A stretch of DNA of 64,000 nucleotides from the NCBI GenBank assembly GCA_015660995.1, contig JACTUC010000008.1:10645-74644 (forward strand), in the 5' to 3' direction. Positions 35,460 to 45,588 of the stretch are shown here, in pieces (position 1 is the first letter of the stretch; every line of letters starts with the position of its first letter). Below the pieces are notes generated by a model. It was not told where the DNA came from and did no database searches. It was given only the letters and a program-made list of their open reading frames with translations. The translations under genes were made by a program, and so were the position numbers. The DNA is from Candidatus Methanomethylicaceae archaeon (GTDB taxonomy: Archaea; Thermoproteota; Methanomethylicia; Methanomethylicales; Methanomethylicaceae).

Positions 35460-37667
35460 ATTAGGGTAGACGACCTTCCCATCCGCGACGAAGCCAAGAG
35501 GCTCTACCGCGAGATGGGCATTACCGATCTTTACCCTCCCCAGGAAGAAGCTGTGAAGTCAGGGGTTCTGGAAGGCAAGAACCTTGTCCTGGCCATCCCC
35601 ACAGCCTCTGGAAAGACGATGGTGGCCGAGCTATGCGCCCTCAAGCACGTGATGGAGCGCCGGGGGAAGGCCCTTTACCTTGTTCCACTCAAGGCCCTTG
35701 CCTCAGAGAAGTACGAAGATTTCAAGAAGTTCAACAAAATAGGGCTGAGGGTGATACTCTCCACGGGCGACTTTGACACCCTGGATCCGACGCTCGGAAG
35801 GTATGACATAATTATCGCAACAAATGAGAAGGCGGACTCGATCTTCCGGCACAAGCCTGCTTGGATCAACAGCCTTACACTGCTAGTCGTTGACGAGATT
35901 CATCTCTTGGGCGATGGGTCTAGGGGTCCTACGCTGGAAGCTGTCATGACTAGGTTCCGCCTCCTCAATCCTAAAGCGCAGATACTGGCCCTCAGCGCGA
36001 CAATCAGCAACGCCGACGAGATGGCTGGCTGGCTGGGTGCCCAGCTTGTCACGAGCGATTGGCGACCAGTTCCCCTCATGGAGGGTGTCTATTTCCACGA
36101 ATCTGTAATGTTCAGTGACGGCCAGAACAAGAAGGTGGAGGGCGTCGAGACTGACCCCGTGGCACGCTTGGCAGTGGACGTGATAAAGTCTGGAGGCCAG
36201 ATGCTCGTCTTCGCTGCGAGCAGGCTCTCTTCCACCTCCCTGGCCAAGCGGATGGAAACGCCCGTAAGAAACCTGCTCAAGGGGAGCGAGGAGAAGAAGC
36301 TGCTTGAGCTCTCGTCCAGGATACTAAAGATGGGGGAGCGCACCCGCATATCCAACAAGCTTGCCAAGGCTGTCTCCAATGGTGTCGCCTTCCACCACGC
36401 GGGCCTGACCTACGAACAGAGGAAAGCGGTCGAGGACGCTTTCCGATCGTTTTTGGTCAAGGTAATATGCGCCACGCCTACTTTGGCCGCAGGCGTCAAC
36501 CTACCCGCGAGGCGGGTACTCATCTACGATTACAGGCGCTACGAGGCAGGCCTCGGCCAATCGAACATACCCGTGCTGGAGGAGAAGCAGATGGCTGGCA
36601 GGGCTGGCAGACCCAAGTACGACAAGGAGGGCCAGGCAATAATCCTTGCAAGGAGCGAAGAGGAACGCGACTTTCTGCTGGAGCAGTACGTGCTCGCCAA
36701 GCCCGAGAAGGTCTGGTCGAAGCTGGGCAACGCCTCCTCGTTGAGGTCCCACATACTGGCAGCAATCTCCATGGGGCTGGCATGCTCCCAGGAGGGTGTC
36801 TTCGACTTCCTTGAGAGATCCTTCTGCTCCTACCAGTACGGTATAAACTCATTCAAGGGCGCGATCCTCGAATCGCTGGATATGCTTACGAGCGAAGGCA
36901 TGGTGAAGTCTGAGGGGAAAGATCTGCTCCCGACCCCGCTTGGCAGGAGAGTGGCAGAGCTGTACATAGACCCGAAGTCCGCCGTTATCCTGAAGAACGG
37001 GCTCAAGATCCGCCGCTCTGGTGTGCCTGCCATAGGCTACCTCACGCTGATCTGCCACACCCCTGACATGCCCAAGCTCTACATCCGCAGAAAGGAGCTC
37101 GAGGAGCTGAAGGCGTTCCTTGAGTCCAACTGCGACCTCTTCCTTTACGACCTTCCCCAGGATGAAGGCTTTGACTATGAGATGCTCCTCACGGAAGTGA
37201 AGACGTCCCTCCTCATCAAGGACTGGATCGACGAGCTGCCTGAGGACGCGATAGTGGAGAGGTTCGACGTAGGATCCGGGGACATTTACGCCTACGTCGA
37301 GTCGGCAAAGTGGCTGGTCCACTCCGCCCACGAGCTTGCGAAGCTGATGGGGTACCCAGAGTCTATGAAGCCGCTCTTGGACTTGAACGTGAGGATCGAG
37401 AACGGCGTGAAGGAGGAGCTCCTGCAGCTTATATCGCTGAAGGGCGTAGGCAGGGTTAGGGCCAGAGCCCTCTTCTCGGCAGGCTACAAGGGCATCGATG
37501 ACCTGAAGAGAGCTTCCCCAACGGAACTTGGCAGGATCCCAACATTGGGGCCGGAGACCATACGATCGATTAAGGAGCAGGTGGGTGGTAGCGTCACCAA
37601 GGAGGAGTGGTCTATGGTTAAGTCCAGATCCGGCACCAAGCAGTCGTCCATGGACGACTACGGATAA
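35460..37667 (+). CDS. hel308: Hel308/Hjm Ski2-like DNA helicase (start probably ATT 35460)
   Basis: AIPTASGKT, DEIH and the C-terminal HhH domain. Residues upstream of the first ATG (RVDDLPIRDEAKRLYRE) align with the conserved Hel308 N-terminus. GGAGG sits at 35448-35452. Confidence 0.9.
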   Translation: MRVDDLPIRDEAKRLYREMGITDLYPPQEEAVKSGVLEGKNLVLAIPTASGKTMVAELCALKHVMERRGKALYLVPLKALASEKYEDFKKFNKIGLRVILSTGDFDTLDPTLGRYDIIIATNEKADSIFRHKPAWINSLTLLVVDEIHLLGDGSRGPTLEAVMTRFRLLNPKAQILALSATISNADEMAGWLGAQLVTSDWRPVPLMEGVYFHESVMFSDGQNKKVEGVETDPVARLAVDVIKSGGQMLVFAASRLSSTSLAKRMETPVRNLLKGSEEKKLLELSSRILKMGERTRISNKLAKAVSNGVAFHHAGLTYEQRKAVEDAFRSFLVKVICATPTLAAGVNLPARRVLIYDYRRYEAGLGQSNIPVLEEKQMAGRAGRPKYDKEGQAIILARSEEERDFLLEQYVLAKPEKVWSKLGNASSLRSHILAAISMGLACSQEGVFDFLERSFCSYQYGINSFKGAILESLDMLTSEGMVKSEGKDLLPTPLGRRVAELYIDPKSAVILKNGLKIRRSGVPAIGYLTLICHTPDMPKLYIRRKELEELKAFLESNCDLFLYDLPQDEGFDYEMLLTEVKTSLLIKDWIDELPEDAIVERFDVGSGDIYAYVESAKWLVHSAHELAKLMGYPESMKPLLDLNVRIENGVKEELLQLISLKGVGRVRARALFSAGYKGIDDLKRASPTELGRIPTLGPETIRSIKEQVGGSVTKEEWSMVKSRSGTKQSSMDDYG

Positions 37668-37711
37668 GGCTATTTAAGGGCGCCCGCTCGATCTTAGATC
37701 GAACTGTTCAA

Positions 37712-38914
37712 GTGGTGTTCTCCATGCGGCGCTTCAATATTGCAACCGACGAAGAGATCAGGTCCGGTGGGACCTCGGACATTTACTACCCCCGAACCAG
37801 GGAGGTCTTGGAGGCCAAGGGGATCGACAAGAAGGTAGTCGCAGAGGTGACCGTCGGCAAGCTGCCCGAGGAGTGGGGATGGGGCGTATTCTGCGGGCTT
37901 GATGAGGTGCTCACCCTCTATGAAGGCCTGCCGGTCGACATCTATGCCATGCCCGAGGGGACGATCTTCCCCACCAGGGACGCACGAGGTTTCCGCCTCC
38001 CTCAGATGGTAGTAGTGGGAAAGTACAATTCATTTGTCAATGTGGAGACGGCAACCGTGGGCCTTCTCTGCCAAGCGTCGGGGGTCGCCACCTCGGCCGC
38101 AAGGGTCAAAAAGGCTGCTAAGAACAAGACCGTCTTTGCCTTCGGCATAAGGAGGATGCACCCTGCCATAGCACCCATGCTCGACAGGTCCGCCTACATC
38201 GGTGGCTTCGACGGCGTGTCGGGCGTGGCAGGCGCGAAGCTCCTTGGCATAGAACCCACGGGGACGATGCCGCACCCCTTGATCCTCCTCTTCGGGGATC
38301 AGAAGGCTGCCTGGAAGGCATTTGACGAGGTTGTCCCAAAGAACGTCCAGAGGATAGCGCTGGTGGACACGCTCTGCGACGAAAAGTTCGAGTCGATCAT
38401 GGCTGCAGAGGTTCTCGGCAAGAAGCTCTACGGTGTCAGGATTGACACCCCCGGCTCAAGGAGGGGCGATCTCCTCGAGATTGTAAGGGAGGTGCGCTGG
38501 GAGCTAGATGCTAGAGGCTTCAAGAGTGTTAAGATATTTGTTTCAGGTGGATTAGATGAGAAGTCTGTCCTCAAGCTCGCCGAGGGTCCGGTAGATGGAT
38601 TTGGCGTGGGGACATCGGTTGCCAACGCCCCAACCATCGACTTCTCGATGGATGTGGTTGAGGTCGAAGGCAGACCAAGAACTAAGCGCGGCAAGTACAG
38701 CGGAAGAAAGCAGGCGTGGCGCTGTGAAAAATGCAACCGGTGGATTACCGCCCTTCACAGTGAGAAGCTCGAAAAGTGCGATGCCTGCGGAGGAAGAATG
38801 CGCCCTATGCTGGAGAAGGTCCTAGCAAACGGCGCCATAGTCGGTAAAGCCCTGCTGCCCCGGCAGACAAGGGGGCGTGTCCTCGAGCAGCTTGGGCACT
38901 ACGTGCTGGAGTGA
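37712..38914 (+). CDS. Nicotinate phosphoribosyltransferase (archaeal type) with C-terminal zinc ribbon
   Basis: NAPRTase family core (GTMPHPLIL, RIDTPGSRRGD). C-terminal CEKCNRW...CDACGG. Confidence 0.8.
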   Translation: MVFSMRRFNIATDEEIRSGGTSDIYYPRTREVLEAKGIDKKVVAEVTVGKLPEEWGWGVFCGLDEVLTLYEGLPVDIYAMPEGTIFPTRDARGFRLPQMVVVGKYNSFVNVETATVGLLCQASGVATSAARVKKAAKNKTVFAFGIRRMHPAIAPMLDRSAYIGGFDGVSGVAGAKLLGIEPTGTMPHPLILLFGDQKAAWKAFDEVVPKNVQRIALVDTLCDEKFESIMAAEVLGKKLYGVRIDTPGSRRGDLLEIVREVRWELDARGFKSVKIFVSGGLDEKSVLKLAEGPVDGFGVGTSVANAPTIDFSMDVVEVEGRPRTKRGKYSGRKQAWRCEKCNRWITALHSEKLEKCDACGGRMRPMLEKVLANGAIVGKALLPRQTRGRVLEQLGHYVLE

Positions 38915-38920
38915 TGAAGC

Positions 38921-40192
38921 ATGGCCGATTTCACCATCAGGAGTATAAAGGCAAGGGAGATACTCGACTCGCGTGGGAACCCAACGGTCGAGGTGGACGC
39001 AACCACCCAGGCCGGATTCGGAAGGGCTTCTGTCCCCTCCGGCGCCTCAACGGGAACCTACGAGGCGGTGGAGCTTAGGGATGGCGGGAGTAGGTTTCAT
39101 GGCAAGGGGGTGCTCAAGGCTTGCAGAAACGTAGACTCGGTCCTGGCTCCAGCCATTGTAGGGATGGACTCCCGCGACCTTGCCGAGATAGACAAAAAGA
39201 TGATCTCGCTGGACGGTACGGACAATAAGTCCCGGCTTGGCGCAAATGCCATATTGGGCGTATCCTTGGCGGTCGCAAAAGCAGCCGCCGACACGGCAGA
39301 GTTGCCTCTCTTCAAATACCTTAACCCAGACTCCTACCTGCTGCCTGTCCCGCTTATGAACATAATAAACGGCGGCAAGCACGCTGGAAGCAGCCTCGCA
39401 ATCCAGGAATTTATGGTCGTTCCCGTGGGCGCGAAGTCGTTGAAGGATGCTCTGAGAATCGGCTCGGAAGTCTACATGGAGCTGAAAAAGATCCTGAAGG
39501 AGAGCTATGGTCCCTCCGCTATCAATGTGGGGGACGAAGGGGGATTCGCTCCTCCCATTTCGGACTCGCGTACCGCCTTTGGTTCCCTTATCAAGGCGAT
39601 CAAGGGGGCGGGATACACCGAAAACGATGTCAAGATTGCCATCGATTCAGCAGCTACAAGCTTCTACGGCAACGGGAAGTACTCGATAGATGGTGAAACT
39701 CTCGCACCGGACGCGCTTCTAGCTCTCTATGAGAGGCTGGTAGGCGAATACCCAATTATCTCCATTGAAGACCCCTTCGAGGAGGACGATTATTCCTCCT
39801 TTGTGGCAATAACCAAGAACCTTGGCAAGAAGGTTCAGATAATCGGCGACGATATCTTCGTGACCAACATCAAGCGATTTGAAAAGGGCGCTGCCATGGG
39901 TGCTGCCAACTCCCTGCTTCTCAAGGTAAACCAGATAGGCACACTGACCGAGGCAATTGAGGTCGCCAAATACGCCTTCAGCAAAGGCTACACGGTTGTC
40001 GTGAGCCACCGCTCAGGCGAGACGGAGGATTGCTATATTGCAGACCTTGCCGTGACCCTCAATGCCGGACAAATAAAAGCAGGAGCGCCTGCGAGGGGGG
40101 AGAGGATCTCAAAGTACAACCAGCTCATAAGAATAGAAGAGCTGCTGGGTTTGAAAGCAATGTTCCCTGGAAAGAGCGCTTTCAACAGGTGA
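38921..40192 (+). CDS. eno: Enolase
   Basis: Full enolase signature (SHRSGETED, IKLNQIGT equivalents). Confidence 0.95.
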   Translation: MADFTIRSIKAREILDSRGNPTVEVDATTQAGFGRASVPSGASTGTYEAVELRDGGSRFHGKGVLKACRNVDSVLAPAIVGMDSRDLAEIDKKMISLDGTDNKSRLGANAILGVSLAVAKAAADTAELPLFKYLNPDSYLLPVPLMNIINGGKHAGSSLAIQEFMVVPVGAKSLKDALRIGSEVYMELKKILKESYGPSAINVGDEGGFAPPISDSRTAFGSLIKAIKGAGYTENDVKIAIDSAATSFYGNGKYSIDGETLAPDALLALYERLVGEYPIISIEDPFEEDDYSSFVAITKNLGKKVQIIGDDIFVTNIKRFEKGAAMGAANSLLLKVNQIGTLTEAIEVAKYAFSKGYTVVVSHRSGETEDCYIADLAVTLNAGQIKAGAPARGERISKYNQLIRIEELLGLKAMFPGKSAFNR

Positions 40193-40250
40193 GCCCGGAC
40201 AATTAAATTATTGATTGGAAAATGCGAGCAGATGCAGCCCTTAAGATAAT

Positions 40251-40283
40251 GTGTGCGGGATTGAAATTTAACCCCAACCCCAA
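40251..40283. repeat. Island palindrome copy (GTGTGCGGGATTGAAATTTAACCCCAACCCCAA), at the core/island boundary
   Basis: First copy of the GT-rich / AT core / CA-rich motif. Lies just after eno. Confidence 0.6.
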
Positions 40284-40420
40284 TCTGGATTAAGGAAGGG
40301 TCCCTCTGGCAGGCCACGGGACTGGCATTCATTACTCCTACCAAGTAGGAGGTTTATGTCTCCTAAAACCTATGACAGCACTCAACAAAACTATTAAATA
40401 ACAAAATTCCATGTAAGAAA

Positions 40421-40984
40421 GTGGATCTGCCAATGAGTTCTTTTACGGTGCTCAAATCCATCCTCCGCTACTACCTTAGGTACATTGTTGGTTCTCCGCT
40501 ACCCTTCCTCTCCCACCAGGCCTTCTCTGAGTACATAATCTCCGAGAGCAGTAGGTATGAGAAATATTACATTCCTCCTATAGACCTCAAAGATAAAACC
40601 GTTCTTGATGTTGGCGCGGAAGAGGGGTGCACTGCTCTCTTCTTCTTCAAGCATGGTGCCAAAAAGGTTATCTGCATCGAGCCACAGCCCGAGGCCTTCG
40701 CCAACCTGAAAAAAAATGCCGAGGCTCTCAAGTGGAATGCCATTCTCATCAACGATGTCTTTAAATTAGATCATCTAAGCTTGGACGTCAATTTCATCAA
40801 GATGAACATCGAGGGCTATGAGGCACTGATCCTAGATCAACCAATTCCAAAGATTCCTATGGTGATGGAGGTCCACGGCCTGTGGCTCGTCGACGAGTTT
40901 GTAAAAAGAGGGTGGCATAAAGCCTCTGGGAACGATGCCACGCATTGCAGGGCAATGCTCAACAATTGGGGGGTTAAAATTTAA
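40421..40984 (+). CDS. FkbM-family SAM-dependent methyltransferase
   Basis: VLDVGAEEGCTALFF (motif I) and FIKMNIEGYE (FkbM motif). Confidence 0.6.
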   Translation: MDLPMSSFTVLKSILRYYLRYIVGSPLPFLSHQAFSEYIISESSRYEKYYIPPIDLKDKTVLDVGAEEGCTALFFFKHGAKKVICIEPQPEAFANLKKNAEALKWNAILINDVFKLDHLSLDVNFIKMNIEGYEALILDQPIPKIPMVMEVHGLWLVDEFVKRGWHKASGNDATHCRAMLNNWGVKI

Positions 40985-41042
40985 TTCCCACACATATTGG
41001 AAAAACAAAATAATTATACAAAAAAAGAAGTGAGAAGTATTT

Positions 41043-41615
41043 CTATCCTGTTATGTTGCCTGCCAGGACTACAATGTATTCGGTTGAACCAGTGCTGAAG
41101 TCCAGTTTGAGATTAGCTGTTAGGACACCACCGAAATTACCTTGGGCATCGGCGCGAATCAGTAATACACCGCCTGGGTTGGTCTGCCCCTGGCCCACAA
41201 GTGCTTCCGCATAGCGTCCCGTCTGGGCAGCGCCTGACGTAATGGTGTAGGTTGTACCGTTGATTACAATTTCCCCGCTAGTCAATGTCAGGATATACCC
41301 TGCCTTCAGTGCATTTGTCACGGTGAAAGTCATCGTTCCAGAGGCGTCTCCATGCTGGCTAGGATCACCGACTACCTTGAAAGTGCCCATTGTGCTTGTG
41401 ATAGTTATTGTCTGACCCACCGAAAGGTTGGCCGGGATCCCACAGTCACACTTGCGATCGATGGCGGGCATCACGTTATTTGGGGTTGCATTTGTGGTCG
41501 CTGCTATGTTCAGGTTTGCAAATACACCGGGTGTTACTGCCAGAAAGGTGAATATTCCCAGCACTGCCAGGAGTGCCACTATCACTGTGGCCTTTTTGGA
41601 TATTTTCATTGCCAT
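41043..41615 (-). CDS. Secreted hypothetical protein (signal peptide, G/T-rich beta-rich domain)
   Basis: Sec-type signal peptide MAMKISKKATVIVALLAVLGIFTFLAVTPGVFA. No known domain. Confidence 0.45.
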   Translation of the reverse strand: MAMKISKKATVIVALLAVLGIFTFLAVTPGVFANLNIAATTNATPNNVMPAIDRKCDCGIPANLSVGQTITITSTMGTFKVVGDPSQHGDASGTMTFTVTNALKAGYILTLTSGEIVINGTTYTITSGAAQTGRYAEALVGQGQTNPGGVLLIRADAQGNFGGVLTANLKLDFSTGSTEYIVVLAGNITG

Positions 41616-41722
41616 TTGAAATCACCAGGGAAAAACTCCTAAACCAAACGGATTTAACCACTCCCTTTGTCGATATCTCGACTGGAAATTCGAAATTTCG
41701 AAAAAGTCTGTACCATTAAAAT

Positions 41723-41748
41723 CTAATCCCCACACATTTTAAAAAATG
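41723..41748. repeat. Island motif half-copy (CTAATCCCCACACATTTTAAAAAATG)
   Basis: Upstream of the start of minus-strand gene 41043..41615. Confidence 0.5.
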
Positions 41749-41855
41749 TCAAAAGAGTGACAAAAGTGGTAGCCTGTGGTAAGATGACCTATTCTTGTCT
41801 TGTTCATGAAATTCAAACCTCCATCCCTCGTAGGCACCTCTTTGTTGTTCTTTGC

Positions 41856-42974
41856 CTATACTTTCCTCGGTAATCCGAAAGTCAGGATAAACCCGATCAT
41901 TGCTACAGCGGCCAGAAAAATAAGAGTGTAATAGGGAAGAGATATGATCTGACCTACTGTAACAAGAACTAGTATCGCGAAAATGTGTCCTATGAGCATT
42001 ATGAAGCCTGTGATTTGCCCCTGGGACTTATGTTGGATGAATTTCTCGATCCATTCAAAAATTATCGGCCAAGCACTCAGAAGGAAAAAACCGTCCAGAA
42101 TGAGCCATCCCGAAACCCATACAACGTTTTGCCAGATCGCTATTGCTAAAAAAGTGAGTGCTGTGTACAACGATGCTGCCATCAGAATATAGGTTCGTTT
42201 GTTGTGTTTTGATACAATTTGAGGAATAATTGCTGAACCAATAATTCCAGAAATGATCACGATCCCAAGGAGAGAACCAGCAACATCTCCAAGCCCAAAT
42301 TGTGAAAAGATGGGCTGCAACCAACTTGATAAAGAATCAAATATCCCTAGTCCAACAGCAAGTATTCCTCCAAGGATCCATAACTGCTTTTCCTTGAGAA
42401 TCTCTTTTAAACCTCTTGAATAAAATGCAACTTGAATTTGGTCGGAAGAGGGAATCTCCTCCGCTCTAAAAAGAACTGCTAGGCTCCATATGGTCGCCAC
42501 TGCAGTTATTATTGCAATTACAGTTTCAAGGTAAATTATTCCTCCAAGCTGATAGAGTGGATAACCTATGGCCATAGCCACTACGATTCCGGTGTAAATA
42601 CCAATGCTCGATATCGATACTGCGGTTACCCTCTGTTTATCTATAAAATACTTCCGCGCAAAAAGCGGAATTGATGAGAGAATAAACGGCTGTGCAATGG
42701 CACCAATAATCTGGGTGCTGAAGATGAACCCAAAAGATAAGGGATCCAGAAGCCTTCCTATCCCGGCAATTGCATTAAGTACTATTCCAATCAATAATGC
42801 TTTTTTGAAGAATGAATCCAATGCTCTGCCCGATGGTATGGCTAATAGTATATATACAATAGGATACATGACGGCTAAGTAACCTACATACAACACATTT
42901 ACATTAAAAACTGTAGCCATGTAGGTTTCTACAGGAGAAAACGTTACCCAAATTGCCTGGGACGATAAAACCAA
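41856..42974 (-). CDS. MFS-like transporter
   Basis: 10-12 TM helices with an MFS-like loop PSGRALDSF. Downstream of the decarboxylase on the same strand. Confidence 0.55.
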   Translation of the reverse strand: MVLSSQAIWVTFSPVETYMATVFNVNVLYVGYLAVMYPIVYILLAIPSGRALDSFFKKALLIGIVLNAIAGIGRLLDPLSFGFIFSTQIIGAIAQPFILSSIPLFARKYFIDKQRVTAVSISSIGIYTGIVVAMAIGYPLYQLGGIIYLETVIAIITAVATIWSLAVLFRAEEIPSSDQIQVAFYSRGLKEILKEKQLWILGGILAVGLGIFDSLSSWLQPIFSQFGLGDVAGSLLGIVIISGIIGSAIIPQIVSKHNKRTYILMAASLYTALTFLAIAIWQNVVWVSGWLILDGFFLLSAWPIIFEWIEKFIQHKSQGQITGFIMLIGHIFAILVLVTVGQIISLPYYTLIFLAAVAMIGFILTFGLPRKV

Positions 42975-43039
42975 TAATGAGTATCCTATAAGTACAAATG
43001 AAAAGGTAGACTTACTATCAGTCCTCGTGGTTAAGTCTC

Positions 43040-44512
43040 CTAGTTGTCTTTCTCGTCCTTCCTAGTTGGAGTAAAGACCTCATTCACTATCGTCTTGAAT
43101 AATTTTTCAACTAACTCGCTAGGCATGGTTCTAATTAATTGATTGATCAAAGTCATCTGCGAACCACTATCTTCATCAGGGGTACTCAGTGAATGAGAAA
43201 TAGCGGCTACAAGCGAATTTAGTTCCTCTGGATTAAAACTGATGCGGGAAACATCGTTGATGCTTTTATCCCGATTCTGAATATTTTTGTTCCTGACCGA
43301 TTCTGTGCATGTCTTCAGAGACTCAATGAATGGCTCAATGGAATACTCATGAGCAGCGGTGATAGTCATATGTAAAGATGCAACATTATTCAGCTCTTCG
43401 GAGCCGGGCTGGACCTGAAGATACCACCCTTTGGATTTCATCAGGTCTGCGATCTGGAAAATATTAACATCGCCTCTTCTAAAAGCCACGATGCTCGCCT
43501 CCGGTTTGCCTAGAATTTCGTAACCTAAGCCTTCAAGACCCCGTATCAGCTTCTCTCTTGCAATTAGCACTTTTTTTGATAGTTCTATGTAACCTTTCTT
43601 TCCCAAATAGTTCAAGGTTGCCCATGATGCAGCAAGGGGTCCTTCCGATCTCGTTGATTGAAGTGTGGTATTTGCCATTGGGTATCCAGGCCAGCTAGCA
43701 TTCGTGAATAATTGATGTATTCTTAGTTCTTTGGACCTGTAGAGTATCACTGAAGCACCTTTTGGAGCGTAGCCGTACTTGTGAAGATCAGCAGATATCG
43801 AAGTAACTCCCCTGACTGAAAAATCAAATTCAGGCAACTTCTCTCCTAGCAATCTGAAAAACGGAAGGATAAAGCCGCCTATGCAGGCATCCACATGTAA
43901 CCTTACACCCTTCTCTATGGCAATCTCTCCAAGACTTTCTATTGGATCAATAACTCCAATAGGATATGATGGTGCAGAACCAACAATAAGCGCTGTATTT
44001 TCATTTATTCTTCTTTCAACATCCTCAGCTTTTACTTTAAATGTCTTCTTGTCTACGGGGACGACCGTCAAGGTCATATCAAAAAAATCAGCCGCTTTGA
44101 TAAATGAAGGATGGCCAGTGCTAGGTATAATTACTTCTGGTCTTCCTGAACCTCCACATTTGTTTGCCCTATGGTAATCTCTTGCAGACTTTACAGCAAG
44201 CATATTGCTTTCTGTGCCACCACTCGTAAAGTTTCCAACAGTTGTATTATTTCCATTGAGGAGAGATGCAGTCATGGCCACAATATCATTTTCAAGCATA
44301 AGCACACTAGGAAAGACTGTAAAATCAAGGGCGTTCTTGTTCATGAATTCCCAATAAAATTCTCGGATTCTATCAAGTTCTTTATTTCCAGATTCATATA
44401 CATATGAAAATAATTTTCCTTTGTTATCCGGCATATCATGCTTTGAGAATTCACGAAGACCCTTACGAATCTCATAAAAAGACAGACCATCATCTGGCAA
44501 ATCTTTTAACAT
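43040..44512 (-). CDS. PLP-dependent group II decarboxylase / sphingosine-1-phosphate-lyase-like enzyme
   Basis: SGGTESN and SADLHKYGYAPKGASV (Lys of HK binds PLP) match the SPL/GadA fold-type I family. 490 aa with the N-terminal extension typical of SPL-like members. Confidence 0.75.
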   Translation of the reverse strand: MLKDLPDDGLSFYEIRKGLREFSKHDMPDNKGKLFSYVYESGNKELDRIREFYWEFMNKNALDFTVFPSVLMLENDIVAMTASLLNGNNTTVGNFTSGGTESNMLAVKSARDYHRANKCGGSGRPEVIIPSTGHPSFIKAADFFDMTLTVVPVDKKTFKVKAEDVERRINENTALIVGSAPSYPIGVIDPIESLGEIAIEKGVRLHVDACIGGFILPFFRLLGEKLPEFDFSVRGVTSISADLHKYGYAPKGASVILYRSKELRIHQLFTNASWPGYPMANTTLQSTRSEGPLAASWATLNYLGKKGYIELSKKVLIAREKLIRGLEGLGYEILGKPEASIVAFRRGDVNIFQIADLMKSKGWYLQVQPGSEELNNVASLHMTITAAHEYSIEPFIESLKTCTESVRNKNIQNRDKSINDVSRISFNPEELNSLVAAISHSLSTPDEDSGSQMTLINQLIRTMPSELVEKLFKTIVNEVFTPTRKDEKDN

Positions 44513-44640
44513 AAGATCATGATAATAATATTCTCAGCCTTACTTAAGCGTTGATGATATGCTAGGCAGATGGTGAATAGACTAAGGCATTATTTTCTAT
44601 GCGCGGGGGTTAATTCAATTCTTTCTCCTGCTACTGTGTT

Positions 44641-45414
44641 TCATTCCGGAAGCTCCCGTCCGAAGCGCGACTGGACGTCGTATAATGCCCACATCAAGGT
44701 GAAGATGAAGTTGTATACCCAAAGCTTCGGATCCGATCTTGTATATCTGAATTCTCTGACTGAGGCGCGTATGCTCTGCTTGGAGAGAACGCTCTTCATA
44801 GTCTTATAATGTCGACAGTAGGAAGCGAAGCTCTTGACGACCCGGTAGTTCTGGGATAGGATCCACTCCCTGATGTAGGCGTCTTCCAGCGTGTGAAGGT
44901 GGCTCGGGATGTGCAAGTCTTTTACTGCCTCGCGACGCACCAGGAGGTCGTGGCAGCCGCCCCTTAGGTCGAAGACGCGTGACTCCATCCAGAGAAGCGC
45001 GCTGACCATCCGCCTGTTCGTAACAGCTCCAGGGATGTCGACCCCCCAGACCGCGCCTACGTCTGGCTCTCTAAGCCTGCTTGCCTTCTGGAACCAGTCC
45101 CTGCAGAGGACTACGTCGCTGTCGACGAAGACGAACCATTCCGTCTCGACCTCTTGCATCCCCCTATCCCGCGCCTCTCCTCGGGTACCAGTCTCCTCGA
45201 TCACCTTCACATTGCCATACTTGCTTCTGAACTCATCGAGAATCTGGAGTGTGAGGTCCTCTGAATGGCCGTCAACGGCGATCAAGCGATTCACCGGGAC
45301 ATTCTCATATATAGAGCTGAGGCAGTCTCTGAAAATGCCGTCGCTATCCCTGGTCAGGATAACTACGTCGACCTTCTCCATGGTGGTTCTTGATCTCGGT
45401 TTCCTAATTAGCAT
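44641..45414 (-). CDS. Family 2 glycosyltransferase
   Basis: VVILTRDSDG..., DGHSEDLT and FVFVDSDVV (DxD) motifs. Confidence 0.7.
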   Translation of the reverse strand: MLIRKPRSRTTMEKVDVVILTRDSDGIFRDCLSSIYENVPVNRLIAVDGHSEDLTLQILDEFRSKYGNVKVIEETGTRGEARDRGMQEVETEWFVFVDSDVVLCRDWFQKASRLREPDVGAVWGVDIPGAVTNRRMVSALLWMESRVFDLRGGCHDLLVRREAVKDLHIPSHLHTLEDAYIREWILSQNYRVVKSFASYCRHYKTMKSVLSKQSIRASVREFRYTRSDPKLWVYNFIFTLMWALYDVQSRFGRELPE

Positions 45415-45494
45415 TTCTCCTTGAGCATCTTAGTTCCCAGGAGCCAGCTCGCGATGGTCCTGGACCTGACCTAGACAGAAGCTGGACAAAGGGA

Positions 45495-45553
45495 GTGTCT
45501 GTGGGGGTTAAACTTTTGTTTTTTTTACTTGCACACGGGGCCCCACATTAAAT
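45495..45553. repeat. Two facing half-copies (GTGTCTGTGGGGGTTAAAC ... GCACACGGGGCCCCACATTAAAT)
   Basis: Divergent promoter region between the GT2 gene and the first DUF72 gene. Confidence 0.5.
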
Positions 45554-45588
45554 ATGTTTGAAGGATATATCCTCCATAAAAAAGGAAG

